Source: Lingula anatina | Taxonomy: Eukaryota > Animalia > Brachiopoda | NCBI GenBank assembly: GCA_051362555.1 | Contig: CM120640.1 | Location: 26,026,225-26,090,224, forward strand | Length of the DNA: 64,000 bases | Direction: 5' to 3' | Shown: positions 1 to 14,000 of the stretch, piece after piece | Layout: each line of letters begins with the position of its first letter | How positions within the stretch are numbered: position 1 is the stretch's first letter | Translations under genes and position numbers: made by a program | The notes under the pieces: model-generated | Seen by the model: the letters and a program-made list of their open reading frames with translations, nothing else | What the model was told of the DNA's origin: nothing | Database searches by the model: none

Positions 1-3000
1 TGGACACCAATTGAAATCAATAGGGCAGTCCACTGTTGTGTTATTTGGCTGACCTATTTTCTGAGATCTGAAGGAAGGGTCAAAACAAATCGCAATGTGA
101 ACTGTTAAAGAAAGGTGACCACCTTGAGCTGTTCTCCAAACAATCTTGAAAAAGCGTACCGTTTTCCTGTCCCCTCTCCCACTTACATCCCAAATATATC
201 GATGATAGTAAATTCCAGATCATTGCATAAATTGATCAATTTCTGTTGGTATAGTTCTTGTATGATATGGTTGATCTATAGTGTAGTTTTCTTGTTATCT
301 TGGTTATCCCTCCCACGGGGAGGAATTTTGCCTGGTCTTAAAGGCAGCCTCCGATAGATTTACATGTCAAGCGTGTATTGAGTGCAGCCTGCCCTCATGA
401 GCTAGAGTAGTTTTGCTCTCTGATCTTCTTTACTCTAGAGTACACTTTTGCTGTAAAATGCTCACCCATTAACTCAGCGGGGAGGTATTGGAGGCAGGTG
501 CTGCACACATCTACCTGGCTGTCAAAGTGCAGGAGCTATGACATCTACATAGAAAACAAGCCAACTGTACCAGGAAAATCCAATCTTCATGATTGGAAAT
601 TCTGGGGATAGAAATATCTTCATGTATAACATATGTCATATGTATCTGAATGTATATCACTTGATGTCTTTGCTTGCAAGCCACATATTTTCAATTTCTG
701 CCCATTATATTGAATTTATACATATTCCAACCTGAACTACTAGATTATCAAACAAAAATATTGATTCTTGAAAGAATATTTATTAGGTGTAACAAACAGG
801 AAAAGAGAGCGTTATGCATCATATTGTGGTTCAGTTTGACGGGAGTCAAGTCACCCACACAAAGAATAAAAGCCTTTGTACCAGGTGTTGATTTCTGGAC
901 AGGTGATGTTCTCTTTGGCACCTATTAAGCATTTAAAAGGTTCCATTTATTGAAGCAGGTGCCCTTCAAACAGTAGCCATTGGTCAGCAGACCCCCTATC
1001 CAAACATTGGTCAAGTGTCTGGCTTGTCAAACATCAATCAGTGGTCAGTACATTGTCTAAGGTCTTAGCTGGAATATCTTTTTATGAGAGTGACATTGAA
1101 ACCATGACAGGTTGAAGCATATGGTTTCTTCTCATTATTGTCTGGCACTTGCCATGGTGATGCTGCAACAGCACTCCCACTGTTCTGGGAATATGAATTT
1201 TTGTATATGTAATATGATTAACAAGGTAAACGCAATAACTGGCATCTTGTATTTTATTCTTATGCTGCTAGTAAGTCAGGCAAAGGAGCAATTTGGGTAC
1301 TGGGTTTTTCATAGCATTACGTAGCATAATTAGCAAGTAGGTATGTCATGTATAATATGAGATGATACGAGACTGCAGGTGAGCTATGATGGTTTAAAGC
1401 TAGGCATCATCTGTGTAACATATCTACACATGACATTTAGCTTGTTTTATCTTGAGTTGCCATTTCCAGTAAATTGTTGACTCAGCCGACTGGTGAGTGG
1501 TATAATGTGTAGGAAATAAGTGGGCTGAGGCATGATATCAACAATCTGATCGCTTTGTAGTTTGCTGGATGATTTCATGGCATTGAAAGGTCTTGCAGAT
1601 GTGGTGTGGCAATGACAATCATCAAAATAGTGATAATGGGTGTAAAATCAACTGGAAAGCTACCTAGCTAATGAGAGGAAAGAAATTGCAGTCCCCGGCC
1701 TCGCCTGGTGATACTACACTATCTTAATCTGCATCTGTGTGAAGCGCACCTCCAAGGTTCTGATTACAAATGAAGTAGCAGGGAACAGTTTGATCCTGGG
1801 TCCCAGGAGCCCGTGATGTATTTCCCAGAAATGTGAATACAGGATATGTTGTGTGAAATCTGTATTGGCAATTGAGGCATTGTACAGGGTGTTGAATTGA
1901 TAAACATGGCTCCATTGTGCTTGGAGGGGTTTTATCATATAGTCAATTATGGTAACATGGGAGTGAAAGCTCATTACTGTGAACAAAGATATTAGCCACT
2001 CCAGTAAAAACCTGGTATTTACACTATATCACTTCAAGACCTGAAAATCATTATTCGTGGCACAGCTATGGAGAGCCACAGTAGATCTGTTTTAGCCTTG
2101 TATTGATTATTGGACTTGCGCGTTCAATATTTTACTTAGTTATGGATACAGCATAGTGTATTTACGCAAATGTCAGGTTGCAAACACACTTCTTCCAACC
2201 AATTATGACCATGACAGAAGAATATAAGAATTGCACAAGATCAGTAGCATGCATACATAGGCAATAATTAATTGAACCATCAGAGTCGCTGCAGATTGCA
2301 GTCATCACATGATCTGTCATGGTCCTGCTGTGCAATCTGGCTACAGAGAAGAATTTCAGATCCATTGACTTGGTATGCTATATTGAATGACTACAGGGTA
2401 AGTAGATTATTTTTATTTGAACTGAAGGCTTGATGGAGTAATTCATTGACAGACTGTGGAATATTAATCGAAATTACTTCTTTAAATGAATGGGTCAGTG
2501 GGCCTGACACAAGAGGGCTTTTACTGGGTAAATACACTAGAAGAAGTGTAGGATTGGATTAGCGCAGAAAGCTGTCAGCAGAAGCAGCAAACACTAACAA
2601 AGCATAACATTAAACAGCGAAGGCTATTATCTGATTAGTCAGAAATTGCAGTCATTGAAAAAGGTTCTGTGTGCCTTACATGGCATAAATGGATACCCTT
2701 CAAAGCAGAGTTGTGAAAATGATGAATGGCGAAGTGTAAGTGTGTGTGGAGGTGTGTCAGTGGCTTTGGAAATTAATTGAAATGAATGAGCTTTTCAGTC
2801 ATCACAGATTTAAGTTACATGCAATAGATATTACATGCTACTGGAGTGGATACATATACTTATATTGTGCTTTTGACAAAGTAGGAATCATCCAAATCTG
2901 GGTAGTGTCACTTTTTAGTGGTAATGAAATCCTCTTAATAACCATTAATAGATCTGACAGCAATGTGTGTGCCTAAGTGTGTGGATGTTATTATCTGGTC

Positions 3001-5141
3001 AAATATTGCTTTGCAACTGTGAGCTATGTATCTTTCTAAAGGCAGACCAGGCTGATGATCCATCAGTAATTGGGAATCAATGTTATTGCAATAAGCTAAG
3101 CATATAATTGATAAATATTATTCTTGCTCTGTGATCTGGGTATGCCTTGCTGCAGATTTGATTAAGTAGAAGCCTAATGCAAAAGTGTAAACCAGGTCTT
3201 CTTGTTGCAGATTGTGTGTATGATTCACTTATTTTTAAGATGTTTATCAAGTCTAGTGCTGTGTATTGGGGCTATCTTAGCCGCATCCTGCCCGGCTTCA
3301 TGAAGGACTCCAGGGAGGATGCTGTTATTCGGCTAAACTTGCAATATTTGCAGTTATACCTACTATCCAAATGTAATTTGTTGCCCTGTGCTGTATTTTC
3401 TGCTGCTTGATTAACATTTAGCTCTGTTATCTGGGGATGAATTAGGAAAGCTTTTCTGGAATTTAGATTGTTCTGGCTTGGCTATGCAGACCATAATAGT
3501 GTAACACATAAAACGGAGAAGGCACAGAAATTTATAGGATACTACTCTAGCCCCACCCAAGAAAACAAGGCACCATCTGATCTCATATGGAGACATAGTC
3601 TTTGAAAAATATAATATGAGGGGGTGGAAGGCAAGGTTTATGAGCCAGAGGTGCTTCTGACAAAATCTTTTTCTAAGGTTCAGTAAAGGTAAGAATGACA
3701 ACATTCGCCCATCTCTTTTATTTGCAGAAGTATATATTTGAGAAGATACTAGTACACACAAATCATCCTGCTGAGTAAAATTGTAAATTGGTGAAACAAT
3801 CTAACAAGTCTCTCAAGGTTTTGTACATGGCTTTCATGTCATAGTAACAATAGATAAAAAGTTCCTCAGTTCTAGCTGACTGACACAGGTGCTAGTAAGG
3901 TACCAGGTTACCTGGTAAGGTATCTAGGGAAGGGTTATCAGTGTTGCTGTCTGGATTAAGTGTTGTGTAATTGTACACCTGTGTTAAAAATACAAGACAT
4001 GTATTATAAAGCATCTCAGGTGTGGAAGCAGTTTTATGATAGAGTGACACCTTTGGAGTTTAACCACAGAAGCGACATGATAAATTAGGATACATTTGAG
4101 TGTAAACTGGTGTACAGAAGTTTAGGGTATGTCATTTTTACCCATGCTCAATCTGACATGGGTTCAGGTCATGCCCCTGTGTAAGAAACAGTATTTCCAT
4201 AATCAGCTGACCTGGATTCCAGGCCAGGACTTCTTATGCAACAGCATGTAACGGAAAGAAATCGTTTCGAATTTTGAAGCCTCCTTTCAGGGGCGGCTCA
4301 GGGTTAAAAAAGGCTAACCAGCTGTATAGTTGGATTGGTAAGTTAAGCGGTGAACTTTGAGTCTTTCCATTGCTTAAAAGTTTTCCAGTTCCAAGCAAGT
4401 GTTGAGGTACGACCTTTGGATTGCTTCTGCAGCTAACTACACTTAAAATCTTCTATCTTGGCGGTTATAGTTTCTTAGGCAGTTGGACTATCAGCAGATA
4501 AACATACTTTTAGTTCTTGGTTGGAGGAAAATTCCAGGTCATGCGTTATATTTCGACTCTTTTCATCTGATATGGATTTTGGTGCAGGATGTATCATATT
4601 GATATTTTTGCGCATTAATGGATTACTTTCTCTAATATTAAATATTCACCGACAGGATGTTAAATATGTATTCATCTGTGCTATATTTTACACTTGCATT
4701 TTTGAGGTGAGCTTCTACACAAGAATTTGATTGATTTGCCTTTGATCCTCATTTGCCATGTCAGAATTTAGAGTGTTTACCAACAATGTGATAAATGTGT
4801 GAAGCAATCAGTTGTAATGGGGATTGTATTGTGTTGTTTTACCTTGTGTCATATGTGCATTATACACCTAAAAGCAACTTATCCTTCGCCTGATGGGATA
4901 CCACTGAATGAGACTTTTCAGATGAAGGAAGCTTAAGATTTCTCCATGAATCATACCATGGAAAAGTTTGTTGCATTAATTTGTCATTTTTCTCACAAGT
5001 AGTATGTATCAGGTTTACTTAAGACAGATGGTGTTACTTCCTAGTGTGGTCAGCTGTCCTGCAATTGCATTCAGTCAAAATGTTTTTGAGTGATTCACTT
5101 TACGTGTTTACTGAAACTTTTCTCATAATTGCTCGTTGCAG

Positions 5142-8007
5142 TATCGGCACAAAAAGGAGAAAGAAAGGAGCAGAGACAGGAAGAAGAGTAAAATGAGATC
5201 CAAGTCGTTGCCAAGCCCAAGAACTAGCGACACCTATAACTCGGCATCTGAAGCTCGTCATCCCCAGATTCACAGGTCCTTATCCATGCTACAAGATCAC
5301 GACGTCCCTGATTTGACTGAGTCTTTGACAAAGACTCTTGTGAATGGTTCAGCAGGACGTGAGGAGTCTGGCAGCCTACAGGAGATCAATGAGGAGGATT
5401 TGGCAGCCATCTTACCTGATGTCAATAACACAGCCAATGGTGGGGACCATTGCCAAGTGCCATTCCCCGTGGACTTAGCTGAAAGCGGGAGTGAGGAAGA
5501 AGTGGACGACGATGCACTTAGGGAACAGATTGTGAATGAACTTGCTCGTGCTGTAGAAAATGGCTCCCTGCCTATATCAGAGGTGGAATATACAAGTTAT
5601 GGCAGTGAAACATGTTATCAGCCTGACAGCAGGCATGGTGGGGAGAAACATGAGAAAACCAGTGAGACCAGGGATAATTCAGTGGAGGAAACACAGAAAA
5701 CTGTTTTGGCTGTTTCACACTCAGAAAACAAAGCAAAAACAAGAGATGATGAAAGTGATAAAGACATAAGTTGTAAGGCTTCACAGGATTCCTTAGTACA
5801 TAACAGTAGACATTTCACGGACGCTTTGGTCCCAAATCTCAATGAAGAGCAGCATTCACAACAACAGTCACACGTGCAGCAGAAACCAGAGGAACCAGTG
5901 AAAAGAAAGCGAGGAAGGCCTCCAAAAGCGAAACCAATACCAGAGCCACCAAGGGTTGCTGAAGTTGCAGTACCAAGATATGAGCCTCCAGAACCAATAC
6001 ATTTACGCATTGACACAGAGTACAATGTGTCCCCAGACAGTGGGATTCAGTCAATTGCTGGTTCTCCAGAGGGACAGGAGTCTCCTAGTCCTACTGCTGC
6101 TGCAGAGCCAGTATCTGCACAAACAGACCAGCACAGGGCCAGGGCATCAGATGAACCTCCTCCTGGGGGTGGGGACTCTGAACATCTCCCCAAACAACAG
6201 GAATCAGTTACTGTTGAGAATACCCTGGAACGTAATGTTGAGGACAGTTTTGTAAAAAATGAGACTAAAGGCAATTGTGATATATCGACTGGACATATAA
6301 ATACAGAAAACTCCACTTCAGTAGGCCATGGATTAATAAGCAGCACAAATAAACCCCCCTTTGAACAACCAAAAGTCAAAAGACCTAAAGGCAGGCCACC
6401 AAGTAAACATAAGTTGCTACAGAGGACAGTAACAGCAGAAACATTGTCATCTATTACCAGTGATAGTGCTGAATGCACCAAAATTAGTAACCGTAAAACT
6501 AAGAATAAAAGGATTGGAGCAAGGAAAGTCAAAAACATTTCTGATTCTTCCATCCAAAATTCGTCAGAGATTCCACTAAAACGTAGGCCAGGAAGACCAA
6601 AAGGTTCTGGTAAAAAGAAAAAGACACTTAGTTTAGTGCACACTCTTTCAGGTTATCAGAAACCATTTAAACAGAACTCTCAGACTGTGCCTGGAAAAAG
6701 GAAACCAGGGAGGCCTCGCAAGCACCCCTTGCCTCAGATGGTGGGGGATCAAGAATCTATTTCTAAGGGTACTTTGGATGAGCTCCCGGTGTTAGAAAGG
6801 GCTCCGTGTTTAGAACATTCTTTGAGTTCCCGGCGTAGACTCAGAAAATCGTTACACGATGATGATGAGCTGCCAGTTCTTGTCAAAGCTCCAGGGATGG
6901 AGTGTCAGAAAAGGCGACGCAAATCAGAAGACTTTGACACTCTCATCAAAAGTGTTAATGCATCTATCAGTACCCAATTTAAAGATGTTGCCAGTAGTGA
7001 AGACGAAGGGGAAAATGTTAATTCCAGGCTTGATTCAGTTGATTTAGAACCAGTCAAGGTGACATCACAACTCAAAGACTCACGGAACCCAAAACCCAAA
7101 ATTAAAAAGCCAAAGCTTCATGTGATGATGCGCAAGCATAAAAAAAGGGGCCGTAAAAAGAAAGCACAAATTTTATCAAAACAGAGGCAGCAAGAAAGTG
7201 ACGAAGTTGTTGACTTTTTCAAGGATTTACCATCAACTAGCACTGATGTGTTCTTCCAAGAAGGTGAAAATGTCAGTGAAAGGGATGACGTTCGACCACG
7301 CAGGCGTGACACAATGACATCCATGTCTTCTGACATTTCTGACAATGTTTCACATATTTTGCAGTCAAGCAAATTAAATTTTTTATCCTGCTCCCAGCAT
7401 AAACCCCCTTCTGATGGCAAAAAGAGAAAAAAGAAGAAACTCATTTACTTTAAATCAAAACATAAAAACATAGTGGACCCTGTATTCTTGGCAGACTTGG
7501 ATGATATCACAGAGGATTTGGAAAATCTTGCTTTAAGTGCCAAGTATCCATTGACTGTCAGCTGCCTGCCAGGACAGACATTGCTTCCTAGCATATTCCA
7601 AATAAACAAAAACATGTGTAGGAGGAAAAATACAAATCTCCCTTTAGAGATCAAAGAAAAGAAAGCCAAACTGAAGATAGCAAAAGAGAGGAAAATGCTG
7701 ATGTCCTTGGAACAGATGCATGCACTCCAGAAACTGAAGAAAAAACTTCCAGAACATCACATTACTAGCTCTAGTCCTCCTCCTTTGCTGGACCGCAAAC
7801 AGAACTGTCTCCCCCTCAAGAAACGGCACAAAGTATTGTCTATGTTACCGTCCACGTCAGTTCCCAATTCCCTATCCCCACAGTTTCCAGTGGCCTCACT
7901 CCCACCACAGGGAGTCCCAGTGAAGAGGAGAGTAGGGAGACCAAGGAAATACCCAAGACCAGAAGATCTCCAGCTTCAGTTGGTGCAGCAGTGGCATCAA
8001 GTACAAG
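5142..8007 (+). CDS. ASH1L: ASH1L large N-terminal exon (disordered, several AT-hooks)
   Basis: 961-aa ORF bounded by acceptor ttgcag| (5141) and donor caag|gtaaga (8007). Contains [36 protein letters not shown] and an ASH1-like [18 protein letters not shown] helix. Confidence 0.9.
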
Positions 8008-11000
8008 GTAAGATATATTAATATTCATGTGCAATGTTAACTTATGTTAACATAGCAGTGATTTCAGTGTTCAGATAAGTCACAGCAAGTACAGCAGCTG
8101 TATTATCTGTATAGTGACCCCCTTTCCAAGTGTATTTCTGAAGAGGAACTGTGGACCTTTTTCATTTTCAAGTTCATGCAGATCATTTGGGTGTTTAGGG
8201 CAGGTTTTTAAAAATTTGGTGATAATTTGTTTTGCCCACTCATATTTGTAAATTTTATTTTCTGTGGAAGTGTTGGGGAGTGTGAAAGGTTCAAAGTGCA
8301 CAGGCATTAAGAAGGCAGAAAAGAAAACAAATACTCTATTACCTCATCTAAATCAATTTTGGTACTTAAAGTAAGCCCTACCTGTAAATACTTGAAAAAT
8401 AAATTTGTGCCATTTTACATTTAAATGATGCCTTTCATATGCGTATTTACACCATGCGCATAGTATTAAGAGTTTGATAAGAAATTAGGTTTGCAATACT
8501 TGAGATGATGAACAAGGTGTTTAGGTGGGGTCGACCCACTCAGTAGAATTAAAGGAGATGCACTTGCTGGTAACTAGCCAAAGTATTCCTCACCGCACCT
8601 TGAGGCATTTAAACACATTCCTGGAGAGTCACACAGCTTAGAAAACTTGAACTTTCTGTTGGAAGAAAAATGATTCATTTATAACATGGAACCCCCACTA
8701 TATTAAATGTGCATGTACAAAAGGCTTGTACCCTTTCCAGTTTACACAAACATGCATAAAATGTATGAATAACAAAAACACTGCTGTAGAGGGTCTAAAA
8801 CGAAGTTTATTTTGGCTGTTAAAGGTTGGTTTTGTAAACAAGGACTGCTGTGCATTGATCCAATCCAAAACTCTTCCCACTGAAAACTAACACAGTCATA
8901 ATGCCACAGTAGCTGTTGATTTGACATCATTGACCGAAACAAAAGTCGGTATCATAAGTTGCCCTGTTCTGTCATAATTGAAACATTCATTGGCCCTTAT
9001 AGGTTTCCATGCTGTGAAAAGGTCTTGTTTAAAATGTGATGCACCATTCAACATGAGTAGATTTTGGTAAAAATAAAGATTTCTTACAATGCTGTTAAGT
9101 GATGACCCATAAACTGTTTTTAAATTGGTTGATTAAATTTAATATCACCTAAGTTTTTTTCCCCCACTTTTTTTTTCCTTTCATAAAGATTTGAGCCAAG
9201 AATCTGTGTAATAGAAAAGTTCCATTTCATGCCTTTCAATAGAAAATTGGCATTCTCAGACTAAATGTAGGAAGAAATAAATGTCAGCAAAAAAGTGATC
9301 TATGTTGAACCTTCCATGTGTTGGCATGTCTCTATCAGGGAATGAATGTTGACCAGCTATAAAACGTTAAATCCCAAAATGTTTCTGCATTCCAAACCAC
9401 ATGTTATTCTGGCCCAGTGAAAATTATGACTTTATTCAAGGCAGACTATTTGTAAAAGCAACCTTCAAAGATTTGAAGGCTAAAACAGATGTGGTAAGAA
9501 AATTTTAACTGTTTCTGTCTGTCAGAGAAATATCCCATACAATGTGCAAGTCAGGGATCCTTGGTATACCGTTAGTAACCCAACCACTGGCTGCGTGAGT
9601 AAGTGACAGAATGTGAGCCGCAGAGTTCACATTTCATAGGCCTCCTTGGGTCACAGAAACCTACCTTAAAAACATTTTATGAAGTTTTTTTTAAAACAGC
9701 TCTCAGGTCAACAGTACAAAGCTTAATAGGATAAGGACTGAGTAAGCAATCTATTCAAGCATTGAATTGGATTTTTTTAAAACCTTTAACCAGACAAAAT
9801 GTTTTTTGAAAAGAATAAAAAAGGTTTTAATTAAACATTGGGCTTAGTTGGGAATAACAGCACTTATATTAGAAACTGCTTGCTCATGTTACTCTATGCT
9901 TGTGCATTAAAATGTGTTAGTGAAGCTTGTGCTCAGTAACTGGCCGAAGATCTAAAACTTGAAAGCTTTGTCCAGTTTTCAGGGCAAGTTTGTGGTCCTT
10001 TTTTATTTCGGCCAGTTGGAGAATGTATTCATAAGATAATTGTGGCAGGATGTTTTTGCTTAGATAGCTGCAGATAAGAGGAAATAATGTTCATTGATTT
10101 TTTTTTCACTTACACCTTATCATTGCATGTAAAAGTTAACCTGGTTCAGTTGATTACATTTCTATAGCAACATCTTTCAAATTAAGATAATTACTCATTT
10201 TATATTAATTGGTTTGGACTCGTTAAACTTAAAAAGGTAAAATAAAGCAATGTCAAGGGAACATATGCTTAAAAGTGCATTTTGTCTGTAAGAGAGAAAT
10301 TTCTCATATATTGTTGCATACTTGTGTGAAAAAAATTTTTTTTAATTTAATTTATTAGCTGCTGTGCAATATATCATTTATAAAATTGATGAGAGACATA
10401 TGTTTAAACTTGTTGGTTTTGAGTAAGCTTACACGCTATAAGCAAGTCTTCATGTTGTATTCCAGTTCAAAATAACACCCAACAACACACCAGACCATCT
10501 GTGACATCAGTGCAGAGTACCTCTACTCCATCTTCATCGCACAAGGTGCAAAAAAAGCGTGGAAGACCAAGAAAATCCCCACAGGAGAAATTAGAGACAG
10601 TTAGGAGAAGGAAGTTGGCCGAAATGAAAAAGAAACTTCAGATGGGCAAATCTCTTGATAATGTGCCATTAGCACTTCTGGCAAAGGCCAAAAACTTTCA
10701 GTTGAATTATAGAAAAAAGGAGAAAACAAGGACTGTAACAGCATCTAAAGCATCTGTCAGAGATGAAATAGCCAGTGTTTCTGCAGACAGAAATATTGCC
10801 ATTGTACCAAAAAGAAGGGGCAGACCCCCAAAAAAGAAACCACTGGGAAATAAATCACAAAACCTAAACATTCCAAGGCAACCTCACAACTTCCAGCATT
10901 CACCCAATCGACAAATCAGTAAGCCCTATGATTGTGTTACTACTGGGATTTCCACTGAATCACAAGACTTTGAGGGAACATTACCCAGAGCTCGCTCACA

Positions 11001-14000
11001 GAGTCTCAACATTGACATGATTGGTAAAGGAAGACAGAGAAATTGTAGTTCTTCAAGGACAAGAAAATCGAGTTTGTCCTCTCCAGTCAGAGAGTCTGAC
11101 AGTTTGAAGCCATTAACTTTAATTGGAGAAAAAAGAAAAGGCAGGAAAAACCGGGAAAGTTCACTTAGCCCAAACTGTGATTCAGCATGGAAGAGACCAG
11201 TTAGAACTCGTAGTGTGTCCATGTCTTCGTCATCAGAGAGGAGACGGATTAATAGTGGAAGCTCAGATGCTGTGGCATCCTGCGATGGGCACAGATCACC
11301 CAGCATGTCAAGATCAGGTGAACCACTTCAAGGAAATAGGTCACGGAGTGTATCTGGGTCGAGAAAGACAATTTGTAACCAACAAGAGATACCAAAATAT
11401 ACATCTGATACCAGGCTGTCAAGGTGGGACTTACCTTGGAAAAGACAGCAGAGTCCTGATACTGGCTCTAGATCTGGAGAGTCCAGCACTACATCTCCAC
11501 TGAGAAAGGATGATCATGTTGACCATGATGACTTTCCTGACGGCAAAGGCGAACCCACATCTCCCAGAGCCAAAATGAGAAAACTATCAAAGGATGAGGG
11601 ATCACTTAGTCCCAAAGGCATGTCTTCATCGGAAACAAAATTGATAAAAACCCGCAGCATCTCAGGATCCAGGTTATCCAGTGCTCATGTTCCAGTCTGG
11701 CATAAATATACTTCTGGTGTCAGTTCACCCCCAAGACAAGGACATCATAGAACTCAGGAAACCATTACCTTGGAAGGAGAAGGCCCAAATAGTTCACCGT
11801 CAAAAAACTTGGAAAAGATTAAAAACAAAGCTTCTGCTATGTCTGTGATAGAATCTTACCATAGAGACCAGAATGACCAAGTTGCTATTCATTCACCAAG
11901 TTTATCTGTAAGTAAAACAGAATCAAACCACAAGCATCAAAAGAACAGGACTCATTCACCACAAAACCATTCAAAGATGTCACTAATGGAGTTCCAGTCT
12001 GAATTTGAGCAGTTTATCAAGACCCCAGCACACGGAATTACTTCAATGTACAAAGAGGGGAATTCCCTGTCACAGAAGATATTTCATGAGGAGGGAGGTT
12101 CTTTGGATTTAAATAATATCTCCAAGTCTTTGAGTTATGATAATACAGGAGACAACAGATTGATATCCCAAGAGCCTGTTGTGATATTAGAACATCTTCA
12201 AGGAAATAACTACAGAAAACAGCCACGAGAGCACAAACCTGGCAACTATAGAACACCACAGAGTGACTCCGACTCAGACAATGAAGTATTGACTAAACTG
12301 AGAGAGAAGGTCAAATCAAATAAGAAAAACAAGGATCTTGAACAAGCCATGGCGATTAAAAATAGACAGTCGGACATCAAACCTCTTCCAACCAGCATGA
12401 AAAGAAAAAGCACTCAAGATGGGAGACTGGAACATAAAAAGTTCAAGAAAAGCAAGGTTGCAGACCCAATCAGGTATTTTTGATTATGTATATTAGAGAC
12501 TTTTGTTATTATAAATCTTGTTGTGTACCCCTTATTTTAAAATATTAAGAACATCATGTTATGACTTTTATTTCTATGCAAAAATGTGAACATTATTAGA
12601 TGTTTTAGTGATACTTCAGTGGTACTGCTTGTTTGGTTTGAAGTGCCAGTAGTAGCATATAGCCACATATTTTTATGCAAAGAATGATAAAAAGATAATA
12701 TTGAGAATTCTGTTAACAAACTTTGTTATCAGGGTTAGGAATGGATAAAATGTAGAAAAACTGAAAAATTGCAAATTATAATGAAGTAAAACTTGTGTTG
12801 GTAAAACAGTTATTGTGTATTTTCCTCAAAACTGTTCATCTGAAATTGTTTCAGCTCTCCCCGTGAAGGCTGCAGTGATCCCCAGAGAGTACTGAAACCA
12901 CCCAAAAAGAAGTACCAGAAAGCAGGCTTGTTCTCCAACTATTACAAGACAGATGAGTAAGTTATATTTATCTCAAACTCCAAAAGAGAAGAAAACCAGC
13001 TGAAAATCCGAAGGCGGACTCAATGGGAGTCCATGTAAGCTTGGGAATAGGAAAGAGGGTTAGGGGGATAATGTAACAGATTGGTCATCTTTAGTGTCTT
13101 GAATTCCTTAGGGATTTTTCGTTATCCAGACCAGTTTCAGTAAACTTAAATGATGCATTAAGGAAGTGTCATTAGAACCAGCACGTTTACTGAAATTGTT
13201 CTGGTTTTCCGATAGGACATGAATTCCGTCTTCTCCGATTAACCCTTCTGTTATTTTAGGCCCACTCATTCTTTAGCTAACTTCTTTACACTTATGATTT
13301 TACTTACAGACTTTAGCTCAACAGCTGTGAAGATAAAGCATAATACTACCATTTGATGATCTAAGTAATTATATTTTCCATTCTTTAGCATGAATGTTCT
13401 GAGCACCTTTGTAACATTGCACTTTCACCTCCCCCTCTTCTCTAGTGAACACTGGGGGACTGCTAGGCTTTAACATATAGATGCTCTGGACAGTAGTGCT
13501 GGAAATTATTCTGTTGTAAAAATACAAGGGACTGTGAGCAAAGAAGAACATGTGCATAAATTTCAGGGCTGCTGTCTCTATGAAAATCGAGGCTCACACT
13601 AGCATAAATGATTATGTTTTTGGAATCAATATAAATAAATTTTTGTTGGTAGATTTTTTATTTTGGACTGTCCTTGATTTGGTTACAGGTGAATAAAAAA
13701 TATGCTAGGGTGATTCCAAAATATAAACAATTGTATTATAGGTGTAAATATAGTATAGTTCTTTAGGTCATTTGTTTTATCATTCCAGGCCAAGAAAACC
13801 ACAGGAAATAAAGAAAGACAAACTATATTACAATCCCTCAGAACACGAGCATGGCCTGATGCCCCCTCCCATCCATATCGGCAAACACCTGCGCCAGAAG
13901 AAACAGGAGTTCAAGCTGTCTTATGATCTGTGGTGGTTATATAAGCACAAAATGGTAAAGACTCAGGCTGGCCCAGCTGAGAAGCTAGTGCACAGTGGAC

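Noticed and set aside
115-3761. Short ORFs in the first 4 kb
   Set aside because: No recognisable motifs or consistent exon chain; most likely intronic or upstream sequence of ASH1L.
5560-8034. Many overlapping antisense and alternative-frame ORFs within the large ASH1L exon (also at 10926-12259)
   Set aside because: Shadow ORFs of a long coding exon; no motifs or independent splice structure.
9938-10017. 11-bp inverted repeat aactggccgaa / ttcggccagtt
   Set aside because: Too short to assign to an element or structure without a copy search.
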